DNA of 64,000 nucleotides from NCBI RefSeq assembly GCF_058153355.1, contig NZ_CM177019.1; one strand, 5' to 3'. Shown piece by piece: positions 24,437 to 34,099 of this stretch (position 1 is its first letter; each line of letters starts with the position of its first letter). The notes under the pieces were generated by a model. It saw only the letters and a program-made list of their open reading frames with translations, ran no database searches and was not told where the DNA came from. The position numbers and the translations under genes were made by a program.

Positions 24437-24724
24437 TCAGATACCTCTGCGGATGGATTCAACGTCAGCCAGAAAATCAGCGAGCAGTTGTTCAATGGTG
24501 ACAAAGCTGGTGCTGACTTCCTGACTACCAATGTGTTTGTGATCGCCTTTACCCCGTTCGTTGTCGTAACGCATCACACACATGCCATCAACGACATAAG
24601 CCATGCTGTATTTGTAGTTGTGCTGGCTACCCAATACAGCAGGCTCCACTTCCCATATGCGGATTCGTATGTATTCAGATTCACCGAGATGACGGATGAA
24701 CTGTTTATACAGTCTGGATGGCAT
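24437..24724 (-). CDS. Hypothetical protein (95 aa), upstream gene of a bicistronic toxin-antitoxin-like module
   Basis: ORF; stop 2 nt before the start of the downstream HTH gene. Confidence 0.55.
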   Translation of the reverse strand: MPSRLYKQFIRHLGESEYIRIRIWEVEPAVLGSQHNYKYSMAYVVDGMCVMRYDNERGKGDHKHIGSQEVSTSFVTIEQLLADFLADVESIRRGI

Positions 24725-24784
24725 TTAAAGCTTCCTCTGGTTCTTGTTGTAAACAATAACAACAAGGCTTCGCGTTGTCCACAG

Positions 24785-25810
24785 CTACAACATTTTGATA
24801 TTGATTCTGCAATTCTGGGACGTTACACTGTTCAGGCACCTTATAAAACGGGTGCCGGGATTGGCGTCCTGAAATTGATTACTGAGCATAACCGCGCTCA
24901 TGCGGTTTTTTCTTGTCATGAGCATTGCTACGCCCAAATTATGGTGGGGCGTACAGGGCCGACTTTGGTCGGGCCGGGTTCGGTAGTCTCCGGTAACGCC
25001 AACCCTGTACGTCTCACCACCTCTGTGATTGGCGTCCCATGTGGTGAGTTTTCTAAAAAACTGACTACCGGGGCTGTCGATATGACTACCACCACTACCC
25101 ACCCATTCCTCAAAATTGAAGTCGTCAACGGTAAGGCCGTTACTACATCTCTTTTCGGATATCTCAAACTGTTGCGCCTTGCTGGTGTTCCGGGTTATAT
25201 TTCTCGCGTTGCTGTAAATCCAGCAACCGGGCTTCGCATCCCGAAACATCACACAGGGCTGACACGCCATAAGCGTGTTTTTTTGTCTACGCACGTCTAT
25301 TCAATGGCGGCTCAGATGGGAGCTTCTTCGGAAGCGCCGGTTTTCCCTTGTGTGTCCGGTAATGCGAATCCTGTCTGGGCTGCCACCAATCATGGTTTCG
25401 CATCCGTGGGTGGTAGCTGTAAAGCACACACACAAGGGGCTGTCACCATGACTACCACCACTACTCACCCATTCCTCAAAATCGAAGTCGTCAACGGCAA
25501 GGCCGTTATTTTCTCTTTGCATGTGGCCTGCCACTTTAAGCGCATGCACCAGAACATCGTCGACAAAATCGAGTATCTGAACTGCTCGCGCGAATTTTTT
25601 ACCCGCAATTTCATACCGGGTACTTACCACATCTATGACGACTCTCTGCGTGGTTATTACATCACCCTTGATGGTCTGATGCTGCTTCAGCTTGGGTTAA
25701 GTCTGCGCACAATGCGGTACTACGAGAGTTGCATTGAAGCATTCCATGAAGCTGAAACCGTCCAGGTACATTCCGCTTTCCGTCGTCATCAACGGGAGGT
25801 GCACCTATGA
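24785..25810 (+). CDS. Mosaic tandem-paralog ORF (repeat units 1-2), start unresolved, possibly decayed
   Basis: Long open frame with two copies of ...SGNANPV...MTTTTTHPFLKIEVVNGKAV...; no canonical start where unit 1 aligns to the unit 3 N-terminus. Confidence 0.4.
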   Translation, partial: LQHFDIDSAILGRYTVQAPYKTGAGIGVLKLITEHNRAHAVFSCHEHCYAQIMVGRTGPTLVGPGSVVSGNANPVRLTTSVIGVPCGEFSKKLTTGAVDMTTTTTHPFLKIEVVNGKAVTTSLFGYLKLLRLAGVPGYISRVAVNPATGLRIPKHHTGLTRHKRVFLSTHVYSMAAQMGASSEAPVFPCVSGNANPVWAATNHGFASVGGSCKAHTQGAVTMTTTTTHPFLKIEVVNGKAVIFSLHVACHFKRMHQNIVDKIEYLNCSREFFTRNFIPGTYHIYDDSLRGYYITLDGLMLLQLGLSLRTMRYYESCIEAFHEAETVQVHSAFRRHQREVHL

Positions 25811-26469
25811 TCCGCTACCTGAATATTGATTCTGCAATTCCGGGACGCTACACTGTCTCCGCACCTTATAAAGCGGGTGCCGGGGGTCGCAGCCCGGAAT
25901 TGCTCGAGGCGATATACGACGCGCCAGCGTCTTTTTTATCGTCCATGCTCGCGCACGCCAGAATTATGGTGGGCTGGGCAGGGGAGCCGAAAGGCTCGCC
26001 GGTTTCCTTGAGCGCCGGTACTGCGAACCCTGTTCAGTTCACCACCCATGAGTTTCGCAGCTCCGGTGGTGGAAGTTTTTCACTGCTCAAGGAGGCTGCC
26101 ATCATGGCTACAGTCCCAACTTCCCCATTCCTCAAAATCGAAGTCGTCAACGGCAAGGCTGTTATTTTCTCTCTGTATGTTGCTTGCCATTTCAAGCGAA
26201 TGCACCAGAACATCGTCGACAAAATCGAGTATCTGAACTGCTCGCGCGAATTTTTCACTCGCAATTTCATACCGGGCACTTATCACATCTATGGTGATTC
26301 TTTGCGTGGTTATTACATCACCCTTGATGGCCTGATGATGCTTCAGCTTGGGTTAAGTCTGCGCACAATGCGGTATTACGAGAGCTGCATTGAAGCATTC
26401 CATGAGGCAGAAACCAGCCTGAATCATACCGCTTTCCGTCGTAATCAATGGGAGGCGCGTCATGTGTAA
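25807..26469 (+). CDS. Phage protein of unknown function (220 aa), third tandem paralog
   Basis: GGGAGGTG RBS 5 nt before ATG; C-terminal ~100 aa nearly identical to unit 2, differing mostly at synonymous sites. Confidence 0.6.
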   Translation: MIRYLNIDSAIPGRYTVSAPYKAGAGGRSPELLEAIYDAPASFLSSMLAHARIMVGWAGEPKGSPVSLSAGTANPVQFTTHEFRSSGGGSFSLLKEAAIMATVPTSPFLKIEVVNGKAVIFSLYVACHFKRMHQNIVDKIEYLNCSREFFTRNFIPGTYHIYGDSLRGYYITLDGLMMLQLGLSLRTMRYYESCIEAFHEAETSLNHTAFRRNQWEARHV

Positions 26470-26710
26470 TAACCATTATTCAGATACCACTGTCACGGTA
26501 ATTAAAAACCTGATGGATGCGCTTATTGACATCTCTGTTATTGCAGACAGGGTGCATAAGCACGCCGCCACTGAAACAGAATATACCGGGGCTCTCGTTC
26601 TCATTCATTGGCTGTCATGCAAATTAGCGCCGACCAGGCGCTGGAAACAGCCAGCAAAATGCTCATGGCTGATGTGCAGGAGGTACGTCCATGATTCGCC
26701 GCATCGTTAA
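26462..26710 (+). CDS. Hypothetical protein (82 aa)
   Basis: ORF only; 3' end overlaps the better-supported gene at 26691. Confidence 0.3.
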   Translation: MCNNHYSDTTVTVIKNLMDALIDISVIADRVHKHAATETEYTGALVLIHWLSCKLAPTRRWKQPAKCSWLMCRRYVHDSPHR

Positions 26711-26924
26711 TTCTCTGTATCACCGATACAACCGTTGCCCCCGTGTGGGGCAGTGGTTTGCCACCAGCAACGGTCACGTTCTGCGGGTTTGCCTGGTCAG
26801 CACCGAAAACCAGAAAGTTGTGTGTGAATTACTGGGGCGTAGCTACACCATCAGTTACCCACTGGTGGTGTTTCAGTCCGGGAAAATGTTTAAACGCCTG
26901 GGAGGTGGCTATGCGTCCGTCTGA
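26691..26924 (+). CDS. Hypothetical phage protein (77 aa)
   Basis: AGGAGGTA RBS before ATG. Confidence 0.5.
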   Translation: MIRRIVNSLYHRYNRCPRVGQWFATSNGHVLRVCLVSTENQKVVCELLGRSYTISYPLVVFQSGKMFKRLGGGYASV

Positions 26925-27819
26925 TCTTCTGCTCGATTTTGGACATCCGGTTGCTTATTACCCTGGGCTCGTTAAATACATGGGAAGTCCGCACGCTGTT
27001 ATTTTCTTTGGTCAGATTTTTTACTGGCAGGATAAAGCACATGCAGCGGAAGGCGTACATAAAACGCGTGAAGAGATACAACACGAAACCGGACTTACAT
27101 TTGAACAACAGGCTGTAGCGCGTAAGCATCTTGTGTCCAGAGGCATTTTGGTTGAAACCAACAAGCGTCTTGAGCACAAAATGTTCTACCGTATAGATTG
27201 TGAGCGCCTTAATGAAATTATCAATGAAAACAATCAGTTTTCCCGGAATGGGGAAACCCGTTTTCGGGAAACTGTAAAACCCAATTTCGCGGAGGAGGGA
27301 AAGCCTTCACCGCGGACACGGGAAACCCCTCGCCGCGGAGAAGGGAAAACCAATTTCGATCTTACAGAGAATACAACAGAGATTACTTCAGAGAATACTA
27401 CAGAGAGTAAAAACACTATTGGCGCATCCGCTGACGCGTCTGCACCAGCACGTTCTGCCCGACAGGAATATTCACCGGAATTTGAACAGGCCTGGCAGGA
27501 ATATCCCAAACGTGCTGGTGGCAATTCCAAGTCAGCAGCCTTCAAAGCCTGGAAAGCCCGAATCAGGGAAGGTGTGACACCCGAAACCATGCTTGATGGC
27601 GTGAAGCGGTATGCCGCCTGGATACGTGCTACAGGAAATAACGGCACACAGTTCGTGAAGCAGGCAGCGACGTTCTTTGGACCTGATCGTCACTTCGAAG
27701 AATTCTGGCAACAGCCAGCCGCTCCCGGAGGTGGGCGACAGCGACAGGTCGATGTCCTGGCTGGCCTGGGAGCCATGTCTGACAAATTCGGTAAATCCAG
27801 TGACAAACTGACATTCTGA
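26911..27819 (+). CDS. Putative phage replication initiation protein (302 aa)
   Basis: GGAGGTGG RBS; position immediately upstream of the DnaC-like gene; acidic/serine-rich linker; ORF track 26743..27819 trimmed. Confidence 0.6.
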   Translation: MRPSDLLLDFGHPVAYYPGLVKYMGSPHAVIFFGQIFYWQDKAHAAEGVHKTREEIQHETGLTFEQQAVARKHLVSRGILVETNKRLEHKMFYRIDCERLNEIINENNQFSRNGETRFRETVKPNFAEEGKPSPRTRETPRRGEGKTNFDLTENTTEITSENTTESKNTIGASADASAPARSARQEYSPEFEQAWQEYPKRAGGNSKSAAFKAWKARIREGVTPETMLDGVKRYAAWIRATGNNGTQFVKQAATFFGPDRHFEEFWQQPAAPGGGRQRQVDVLAGLGAMSDKFGKSSDKLTF

Positions 27820-27829
27820 GGTGACAGCG

Positions 27830-28708
27830 ATGATGACGTTTAACCTGCGTGAACAACAAAAAAGACTACAGGCGCGAATGGATGAGTTACGGGCAGAGAT
27901 TGCATTTGCTCAGAAGGGCGAAAAGCCATGGCCTTATCGTTCCTGCCTGATGCGTGAAGGTCGCGGATATTGCGAAAAACATGGCGAATATCACACGAAT
28001 ATACTGGTGTGGAGCGATCGTAATGGCGAGGACAGAGAAAAAATTTCATGCTGCCCTGACTGCTTAATCGCTGAGGCCAACGATTTGACCATGGAGCTGT
28101 CGTCCATCAAGGCGGAAGAGCTGACTGATAACGCCGGAATTGCCCTGCGTTTTCGGGACTGCGAGTTTGATAATTATCTGGAGGTTAATCCTGACGCAGC
28201 CAGAAATCTTGCGGCCTGTCGCCGCTATGCGGAGAACTGGCCAGATATGCTGGAGAACGGTACCAGTCTTGTTATGACCGGCAGTTGTGGTACCGGAAAA
28301 AATCATCTGGCTGTGGCTATGGCAAAACACATCATCCGTAACTATCTGGCCAGTGTGGAGATCACCGACGTGATGCGCCTTACCCGTGCTGTGAAAAATT
28401 GCTGGCGGAATGACAGCGAAAAAACAGCGGATGAAGTTATTGAGCGTTATGCGTCAATGGATTTGCTGATCATCGACGAAGTTGGTGTTCAGTTTGGCAG
28501 CGCGGCTGAAATGGCTATTTTGCAGGAAATTATCAACGCCCGGTACGAAAGTATCCTGCCCACCATCCTGATCAGCAACCTTTCACCGGAAGAGTTGTGG
28601 GCGTTCATCAGCCCCCGCATTGCCGACAGGATCACCGACGGGGGGCGCAACTGGTTGTCGTTCAACTGGCCCAGTTACCGTTCTCGTATCAGAGGTGTGG
28701 CTGCATGA
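27830..28708 (+). CDS. DnaC-like helicase loader (AAA+ ATPase)
   Basis: Walker A GSCGTGKNHLAVAMA and Walker B LLIIDEVG; GAGGTG RBS. Confidence 0.85.
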   Translation: MMTFNLREQQKRLQARMDELRAEIAFAQKGEKPWPYRSCLMREGRGYCEKHGEYHTNILVWSDRNGEDREKISCCPDCLIAEANDLTMELSSIKAEELTDNAGIALRFRDCEFDNYLEVNPDAARNLAACRRYAENWPDMLENGTSLVMTGSCGTGKNHLAVAMAKHIIRNYLASVEITDVMRLTRAVKNCWRNDSEKTADEVIERYASMDLLIIDEVGVQFGSAAEMAILQEIINARYESILPTILISNLSPEELWAFISPRIADRITDGGRNWLSFNWPSYRSRIRGVAA

Positions 28709-30096
28709 CAACACCAGTCTGGCGTAACGATGACCTGGAAGGCGCTGTCATTGGCGCGTTCTTTCTGCGAGGGGCAGATCATGAAGTGATGGATATTCTG
28801 GCCACACTGCCAGCGGACGTTTTTTCTGTACGAGCGTATCAGGATATCTATACAGGCATCTGCAGACAGGCCCGTGTTTCAGGAGTGATTGACCCCGTGC
28901 TGTTGTGTAATGAGATGCCGGAACTTGCCCCGGTGATTACTGATACCGGGCGTAAAACCTGGGTGAAGTCTTCACTGGAGCACTATGTTGCAGCGTTGCG
29001 GCGCAATGCCGCACTGCGCGATGCAGAAAAAACACTGAATGAGGCGCTGCAGAAATTACGTGATGCGCATACCTGTGAAGCAGCTGAAGATGCCCTGAAG
29101 GATGCGCAGAACATGATGGTCACACTGTCGACAGGAAAGGGCGTCATTCAGCCGGTACATATTGATGATGTGCTTCCGGAAGTGGTTGAGCGTGTTGAAT
29201 GCCGGAATCAGGGGCTGGAGAAATCCAGGACGTTGATGACCGGTATTGATGAACTGGACGCAAAAACAGGCGGTATGGAGCCCGGAGACCTGGTATTCAT
29301 TGCCGCCCGTCCTTCGATGGGGAAAACCGAACTTGCGCTGGACATCATCGACAAGGTGACTGAGCAGGGGCATGGTGTGCTTCTGTTCACCATGGAGATG
29401 GCGAACATCCAGATTGGTGAACGTATGGTGTCTGCGGCTGGAGGGATGCCAGTATCACGCCTGAAATCTGTGGCTCACTTTGAAGATGAAGACTGGGCGC
29501 GTTTCTCACAAGGGGTGGGGCGGATGACCGGGCGCAATATCTGGATGGTGGACCAGGCGAACCTGGCCATTGATGAGATATGCGCAACAACGAAACACCA
29601 CCTGATTAAATATCCGGAAACGGCGCTGGTGGTGGTTGATTATCTCGGGCTGATAAAAACCCGAACCACGGGGCGTCATGACCTTGCCGTGGGTGAAATC
29701 TCAAAGGGGCTTAAAGGCCTGGCAAAATCCGGTGGTTTTCCCTTAATTGCGCTGAGCCAGCTATCCCGTGGTGTGGAGTCCAGGCCCAATAAACGCCCCA
29801 TGAACTCAGACCTGAAAAATTCCGGAGAAATAGAGGCGGATGCAGACATCATTCTGATGCTTTACAGGGATGAAGTGTACAACCCGGATACGCAGGCCAG
29901 GGGCATCGCAGAAATCAATATCACGAAACAACGTAACGGTTCTCTGGGAACGATTTACCGGCGTTTTTATAACGGACATTTTCTGCCTGTGGACCAGGAA
30001 AGTGCACGGGTGCTTTCCACTCCCATGAAGCCCGGCAATCCGCGCAGATACAGTAATAAACGAACTGACAGCAGTAAGATGGAGCGTTTCTTTTGA
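28705..30096 (+). CDS. DnaB-like replicative helicase
   Basis: 463 aa; Walker A ARPSMGKTELAL, Walker B VVVDYLGL, RecA-like core; ATG overlaps upstream stop. Confidence 0.9.
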   Translation: MTTPVWRNDDLEGAVIGAFFLRGADHEVMDILATLPADVFSVRAYQDIYTGICRQARVSGVIDPVLLCNEMPELAPVITDTGRKTWVKSSLEHYVAALRRNAALRDAEKTLNEALQKLRDAHTCEAAEDALKDAQNMMVTLSTGKGVIQPVHIDDVLPEVVERVECRNQGLEKSRTLMTGIDELDAKTGGMEPGDLVFIAARPSMGKTELALDIIDKVTEQGHGVLLFTMEMANIQIGERMVSAAGGMPVSRLKSVAHFEDEDWARFSQGVGRMTGRNIWMVDQANLAIDEICATTKHHLIKYPETALVVVDYLGLIKTRTTGRHDLAVGEISKGLKGLAKSGGFPLIALSQLSRGVESRPNKRPMNSDLKNSGEIEADADIILMLYRDEVYNPDTQARGIAEINITKQRNGSLGTIYRRFYNGHFLPVDQESARVLSTPMKPGNPRRYSNKRTDSSKMERFF

Positions 30097-30107
30097 ACAA
30101 CCAGACA

Positions 30108-30350
30108 ATGACTTTTACCCCTGAACAATTGCGTAAACACGCGCAGGAAATGCTGCGTCATGCTGAACAACTCGAAAAAACGGGCATAACAAAAGACGCT
30201 ATCCGTAAAGATATGGTACCCGCGCTTCGGGAACTGATGCAGGCGAAGCATCGCGCACAGAAAGCAGTAGATGAGCTGGTGGACTGTGTGGCAGAGCTGG
30301 AAACCAGAGTCGGAAAGTTTGAAAAACTGGTGCAGGAGGCGCTGCGCTGA
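30108..30350 (+). CDS. Hypothetical phage protein (80 aa)
   Basis: Predicted helical ORF in nin-like region; ORF track start 30093 is TTG. Confidence 0.5.
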   Translation: MTFTPEQLRKHAQEMLRHAEQLEKTGITKDAIRKDMVPALRELMQAKHRAQKAVDELVDCVAELETRVGKFEKLVQEALR

Positions 30351-30445
30351 TGCGCCATGAGTTTGTTTTGCCCTGGCTTGTGCGCGATCATTATGTCCCT
30401 GGTGGAAAGCCCGGGATAAAAATCACCGAACCGGAGAGTATTTGA
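30350..30445 (+). CDS. Small hypothetical protein (31 aa)
   Basis: Translationally coupled ORF between flanking genes. Confidence 0.3.
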   Translation: MRHEFVLPWLVRDHYVPGGKPGIKITEPESI

Positions 30446-30645
30446 TGAGCGTCAAAATTCAAACGATACCGGAACTGCTTATCCAGACACGAGGTAATAT
30501 GACCGAAGTTTCACGAATGCTGAACTGTAATCGCGCCACGGTAAGAAAATATGCTGAAGATAAAGAGGGCAAAGGGCACGCCATTGTTGATGGTGTTCTG
30601 ATTGTTCATCGTGGATGGGACAGGGGTAAAGACAGTGATGCGTGA
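30442..30645 (+). CDS. ninH: NinH-like protein
   Basis: 67 aa; resembles lambda NinH (...TVRKY..DK.GK.HAIV..VL.VHRGW). Confidence 0.6.
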   Translation: MMSVKIQTIPELLIQTRGNMTEVSRMLNCNRATVRKYAEDKEGKGHAIVDGVLIVHRGWDRGKDSDA

Positions 30646-31018
30646 TATTCAGCAGGTTCTTGAGCGCTGGGGCGCGTGGGTGGCTAATAATCATGAGGAT
30701 GTGACCTGGTCGTCCATTGCTGCCGGTTTTAAGGGATTAATCCCTTCAAAAGTAAAATCCCGCCCGCAATGCTGTGACGATGACGCGATGGTTATATGTG
30801 GGTGTATGGCCCGCCTTAACCGGAACAACAACGATCTACATGACTTGCTGGTTGACTACTACGTGTTTGGGATGACATTCATGACGCTGGCGCGGAAGCA
30901 TGGATGCTCAGATGGTTATATAGGAAAGAAGCTACAAAAAGCCGAGGGGGTGGTGGAAGGAATGTTGATGATGTTGGGTGTCCGGTTAGAAATGGACAAA
31001 TATATTGAACATCCCTGA
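30638..31018 (+). CDS. Late-gene antiterminator Q (QuuD/phage-21 type)
   Basis: 126 aa [34 protein letters not shown]...[16 protein letters not shown]; recognised as QuuD-like; ORF 30602..31018 trimmed. Confidence 0.8.
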   Translation: MRDIQQVLERWGAWVANNHEDVTWSSIAAGFKGLIPSKVKSRPQCCDDDAMVICGCMARLNRNNNDLHDLLVDYYVFGMTFMTLARKHGCSDGYIGKKLQKAEGVVEGMLMMLGVRLEMDKYIEHP

Positions 31019-31106
31019 TGGTAAGGGGCGACTTTCTAGAAAATATTTTACGTACGTAAAAAACGGGATATTCTGTTAAGAGTGGTTGCTTCGCCACACA
31101 GCTTAA

Positions 31107-31131
31107 ACCCGCCTCCGGGCGGGTTTTTTAT
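31107..31131 (+). terminator. Rho-independent terminator downstream of Q (tR'-like)
   Basis: cccgcctccgggcggg hairpin followed by tttttt. Confidence 0.5.
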
Positions 31132-31217
31132 GCCTGAAAAACGGTACAGGACGTTAAACACGCTGGTGGTCAGATGAGTTTGCAGATGTGATGACATATG
31201 GTTATTATTCTGCCTCC

Positions 31218-31294
31218 GGCCCTTTAGCTCAGTTGGTCAGAGCGAGCGACTCATAATCGCCAGGTCGCTGGTTCAAGTCCAGCAAGGGCCACCA
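31218..31294 (+). tRNA. tRNA with CAU anticodon (Met or lysidine-modified Ile2)
   Basis: 77 nt; acceptor ggccctt/aagggcc; anticodon loop ctCATaa; T-loop ttcaagt; CCA encoded. Confidence 0.8.
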
Positions 31295-31295
31295 A

Positions 31296-31372
31296 CCACC
31301 ACTAGCTCATCCGGATAGAGCATCAACCTTCTAAGTTGACGGTGCGAGGTTCGAGTCCTCGGTGGTGGGCCA
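31296..31372 (+). tRNA. tRNA-Arg (anticodon UCU)
   Basis: 77 nt; acceptor ccaccac/gtggtgg; anticodon loop ctTCTaa; T-loop ttcgagt; CCA encoded. Confidence 0.8.
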
Positions 31373-31374
31373 GC

Positions 31375-31450
<76 letters not shown>

Positions 31451-31453
31451 TAT

Positions 31454-31528
<75 letters not shown>

Positions 31529-31819
31529 GTCAGAGTCTTTCAGTCTGCGATGATGGGAAATCCCGGAGTGACTGAAAGACGTTTAAGTTATGAATGATCG
31601 CCTTTTTTTGCAAAATTGCTGTGCAGAAATACTAACCTTCGGGTGTGCGATCATTCATAAGCACTCTGCTTTTATTCCGATTAACTGTGGGTGGTTTGTT
31701 GGATAGAGTGCTTTCCTTACTGTATATATCGTTTCGCCCGCTTTTGCGTTTTTTCTTTTCAAATCCCTTTCATTTCTCAGTGTAAAACTACGCCATCCGT
31801 TATTTGCGGAGGTGAGGCT

Positions 31820-32035
31820 ATGAAATCCATGGATAAAATTTCAACGGGCATTGCCTACGGCACCTCCGCCGGCAGTGCCGGCTACTGGTTTTTGCAGTGG
31901 CTTGATCAGGTCAGTCCGTCACAGTGGGCTGCGATTGGTGTGCTGGGAAGTCTGCTTCTGGGGCTTCTGACTTATCTGACGAATCTGTATTTCAAAATAA
32001 GAGAAGACAAGCGTAAGGCTGCACGGGGAGAGTAA
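31820..32035 (+). CDS. Pinholin, phage 21 S type (dual-start antiholin/holin)
   Basis: 71 aa [45 protein letters not shown]...[16 protein letters not shown] 31691..32035 trimmed. Confidence 0.85.
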   Translation: MKSMDKISTGIAYGTSAGSAGYWFLQWLDQVSPSQWAAIGVLGSLLLGLLTYLTNLYFKIREDKRKAARGE

Positions 32036-32038
32036 ATA

Positions 32039-32668
32039 ATGAAGCATGAAGAAATGAATCAGCGATTCAATCACCTGGAAAATGAAATCACTGAGCTTAA
32101 TAAAAAATTGTCGGCGTTGGTGAGTTCTGAAGATGAAAACAAACGCCGCGATGAGCATTATGCGGCGATTTACGATTACTGCCACAAAGTCGCTCACGAG
32201 ACTTTTATGAAGTTTTTGCAGGAAAAGTTTTTACCGGCCGCATTGTCAGAAAAAGAGGCGGCTTACCTGCGGCCTGAGTACGTCATTACGGTTAACAGTG
32301 CCGGAGAGGAAGAGCATAAAAGTGATTTTATTGCGTCTGCACCGGATAAAGACCAGGAACCCCGTCGGCCTTTCAGGGTTTCCTGTGAAGAGGGTGAGTT
32401 CGTCGTTTATGAGAACGGAAAACCTGTCCGGGCATCGCATCATCACTGCCTGAAAATTATTAATCTCGCTATCAGATGCCTGAAAGACGAAAACACCAGA
32501 GTTATGAAACGCATTGGCCGTTGCATGGGGTATTTGCAGGTGGCGGCAGAGATTGAAGCACTTGCCAGTGGTGCAGACATGGATGCTGCGGTGCGGGAGG
32601 CTCTTCTTCGTGATTTCAATACTCCCCCTTTAAGAAAGAGCCTGATGACTGGATCCAGCCGGGGCTGA
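32039..32668 (+). CDS. Hypothetical protein (209 aa) inserted between holin and endolysin
   Basis: ORF starting 4 nt after the holin stop; no recognisable family. Confidence 0.55.
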   Translation: MKHEEMNQRFNHLENEITELNKKLSALVSSEDENKRRDEHYAAIYDYCHKVAHETFMKFLQEKFLPAALSEKEAAYLRPEYVITVNSAGEEEHKSDFIASAPDKDQEPRRPFRVSCEEGEFVVYENGKPVRASHHHCLKIINLAIRCLKDENTRVMKRIGRCMGYLQVAAEIEALASGADMDAAVREALLRDFNTPPLRKSLMTGSSRG

Positions 32669-32733
32669 CTTATCTTAAAAGGCGTATATAAGTTGGCTCG
32701 TTATTTGTTGCCGATAAATCCTGATAAATATCC

Positions 32734-33267
32734 ATGAGCGCAAAAATCAAATACGGCCTGTCGGCTGCTGTTCTGGCGCTGATTGCCGCAGGCGCGTCTG
32801 CTCCCCAGATACTTGACCAGTTTCTGAACGAAAAAGAGGGTAATCACACAACGGCATACCGTGATGGTTCTGGCATATGGACCATCTGTCGTGGTGCCAC
32901 AATGGTGGATGGTAAGCCTGTCATACCGGGAATGAAGCTGTCGAAGGAAAAATGTGACCAGGTTAACGCTATTGAACGTGATAAGGCGCTGGCATGGGTG
33001 GAGCGCAATATTAAAGTACCTTTGACCGAACCACAGAAAGCGGGTATAGCGTCATTTTGTCCCTATAACATTGGCCCCGGTAAGTGTTTTCCGTCGACGT
33101 TTTATAAGCGGCTGAATGCTGGTGATCGTAAAGGTGCATGCGAGGCGATTCGCTGGTGGATAAAAGATGGTGGGCGCGATTGCCGCATACGTTCAAATAA
33201 CTGCTATGGACAGGTTATTCGTCGTGACCAGGAAAGCGCATTAGCCTGTTGGGGGATAGATCAGTGA
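32734..33267 (+). CDS. SAR endolysin (T4-lysozyme-like)
   Basis: 177 aa; N-terminal signal-anchor [15 protein letters not shown]; lysozyme core [18 protein letters not shown]. Confidence 0.85.
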   Translation: MSAKIKYGLSAAVLALIAAGASAPQILDQFLNEKEGNHTTAYRDGSGIWTICRGATMVDGKPVIPGMKLSKEKCDQVNAIERDKALAWVERNIKVPLTEPQKAGIASFCPYNIGPGKCFPSTFYKRLNAGDRKGACEAIRWWIKDGGRDCRIRSNNCYGQVIRRDQESALACWGIDQ

Positions 33268-33731
33268 GCAGAGTCGCCGCGATTATTTATGCTCTGGTTA
33301 TCTGCATCATCGTCTGCCTGTCATTGGCTGTTAATCATTACCGTGATAACGCAATCGCCTACAAAGAGCAGCGCGATAACAAGGCCAGTGAACTGGAGAA
33401 GGCGAACGCCACCATTACTGACATGCAGCAGCGCCAGCGTGATGCTGATGCACTCGATGCTAAATACACGAAGGAGTTAGCTGATGCGAAAGCTGAAAAT
33501 GATGCTCTTCGGCGCAAGCTTGATAATGGTGGCAGGGTGCTCGTCAAAGGAAAATGTCCTGTGCCATCCTCAGCCGAAACCTCCAGCGCCTCCGGCATGG
33601 GCAATGATGCCACCGTCGAACTCTCTCCAGTTGCTGGACGAAACGTTCTCGGTATCCGGGACGGAATCATCAGAGACCAGACAGCACTGAGAACGCTTCA
33701 GGAATACATCAAGACGCAATGCCTGAATTAA
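33264..33731 (+). CDS. Spanin inner-membrane subunit Rz
   Basis: N-terminal TM helix then coiled coil; GTG start overlapping endolysin stop; ORF 33249..33731. Confidence 0.75.
   Translation: MSRVAAIIYALVICIIVCLSLAVNHYRDNAIAYKEQRDNKASELEKANATITDMQQRQRDADALDAKYTKELADAKAENDALRRKLDNGGRVLVKGKCPVPSSAETSSASGMGNDATVELSPVAGRNVLGIRDGIIRDQTALRTLQEYIKTQCLN
33484..33690 (+). CDS. Spanin outer-membrane lipoprotein Rz1, embedded in Rz in +1 frame
   Basis: 68 aa; lipobox IMVAGCSS; proline-rich; entirely within Rz. Confidence 0.7.
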   Translation: MRKLKMMLFGASLIMVAGCSSKENVLCHPQPKPPAPPAWAMMPPSNSLQLLDETFSVSGTESSETRQH

Positions 33732-33772
33732 TCCCTCTGTATCAAAAACGAACTCAATTTGTTGGATAGTGA

Positions 33773-34099
33773 ATGAAAATTTATATTGCCGGGCCAATGA
33801 CGGGATATGAGAACTTTAATCGTGACGCCTTTAATAAAGAGGCAGATCGTTTGTCACGACATGGTCACTCTGTCTTGAATCCAGCCACTTTGCCTAATGG
33901 TCTGACACAACGTGAATACATGGATATTTGCTTTGCAATGCTTCGTTGTGCGGATGCTATTTTGATAACTCAATGTCTGATCCCTTTTCCCGGCTGGCAG
34001 CGCGTATGGATGCGATCACGGTCAGAAAGATGGGAAAGATGGCCTCGATTAATGATGTTTATATGCCTGTGCTCCCGGGAGAAACTCTGGCAGAGCTGA
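33773..34099 (+). CDS. DUF4406-like protein, probably 3'-truncated at a deletion scar
   Basis: N-terminus MKIYIAGPMTGYENFNRDAF... is family-typical; C-terminal third overlaps the FII-like gene in another frame and looks like read-through. Confidence 0.45.
   Translation: MKIYIAGPMTGYENFNRDAFNKEADRLSRHGHSVLNPATLPNGLTQREYMDICFAMLRCADAILITQCLIPFPGWQRVWMRSRSERWERWPRLMMFICLCSREKLWQS

Noticed and set aside
23879-24784. 5' portion of the 643-aa plus-strand ORF
   Set aside because: Overlaps the well-supported minus-strand two-gene module (HTH protein); only the part after ~24785 shows coding-like conservation.
24785-26286. Minus-strand ORFs within the tandem repeat array (24785..25294, 25301..25630, 26080..26286)
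   Set aside because: Differences between repeat copies are synonymous in the plus-strand frame, and only the plus-strand unit has a strong RBS; the minus ORFs have weak GTG starts.
31529-31819. Shiga toxin genes (stxAB) between the tRNAs and the holin
   Set aside because: yecE is a known Stx-phage integration site and the Q-tRNA-S layout matches, but this interval is only ~290 bp of non-coding DNA with no stx-like ORF.
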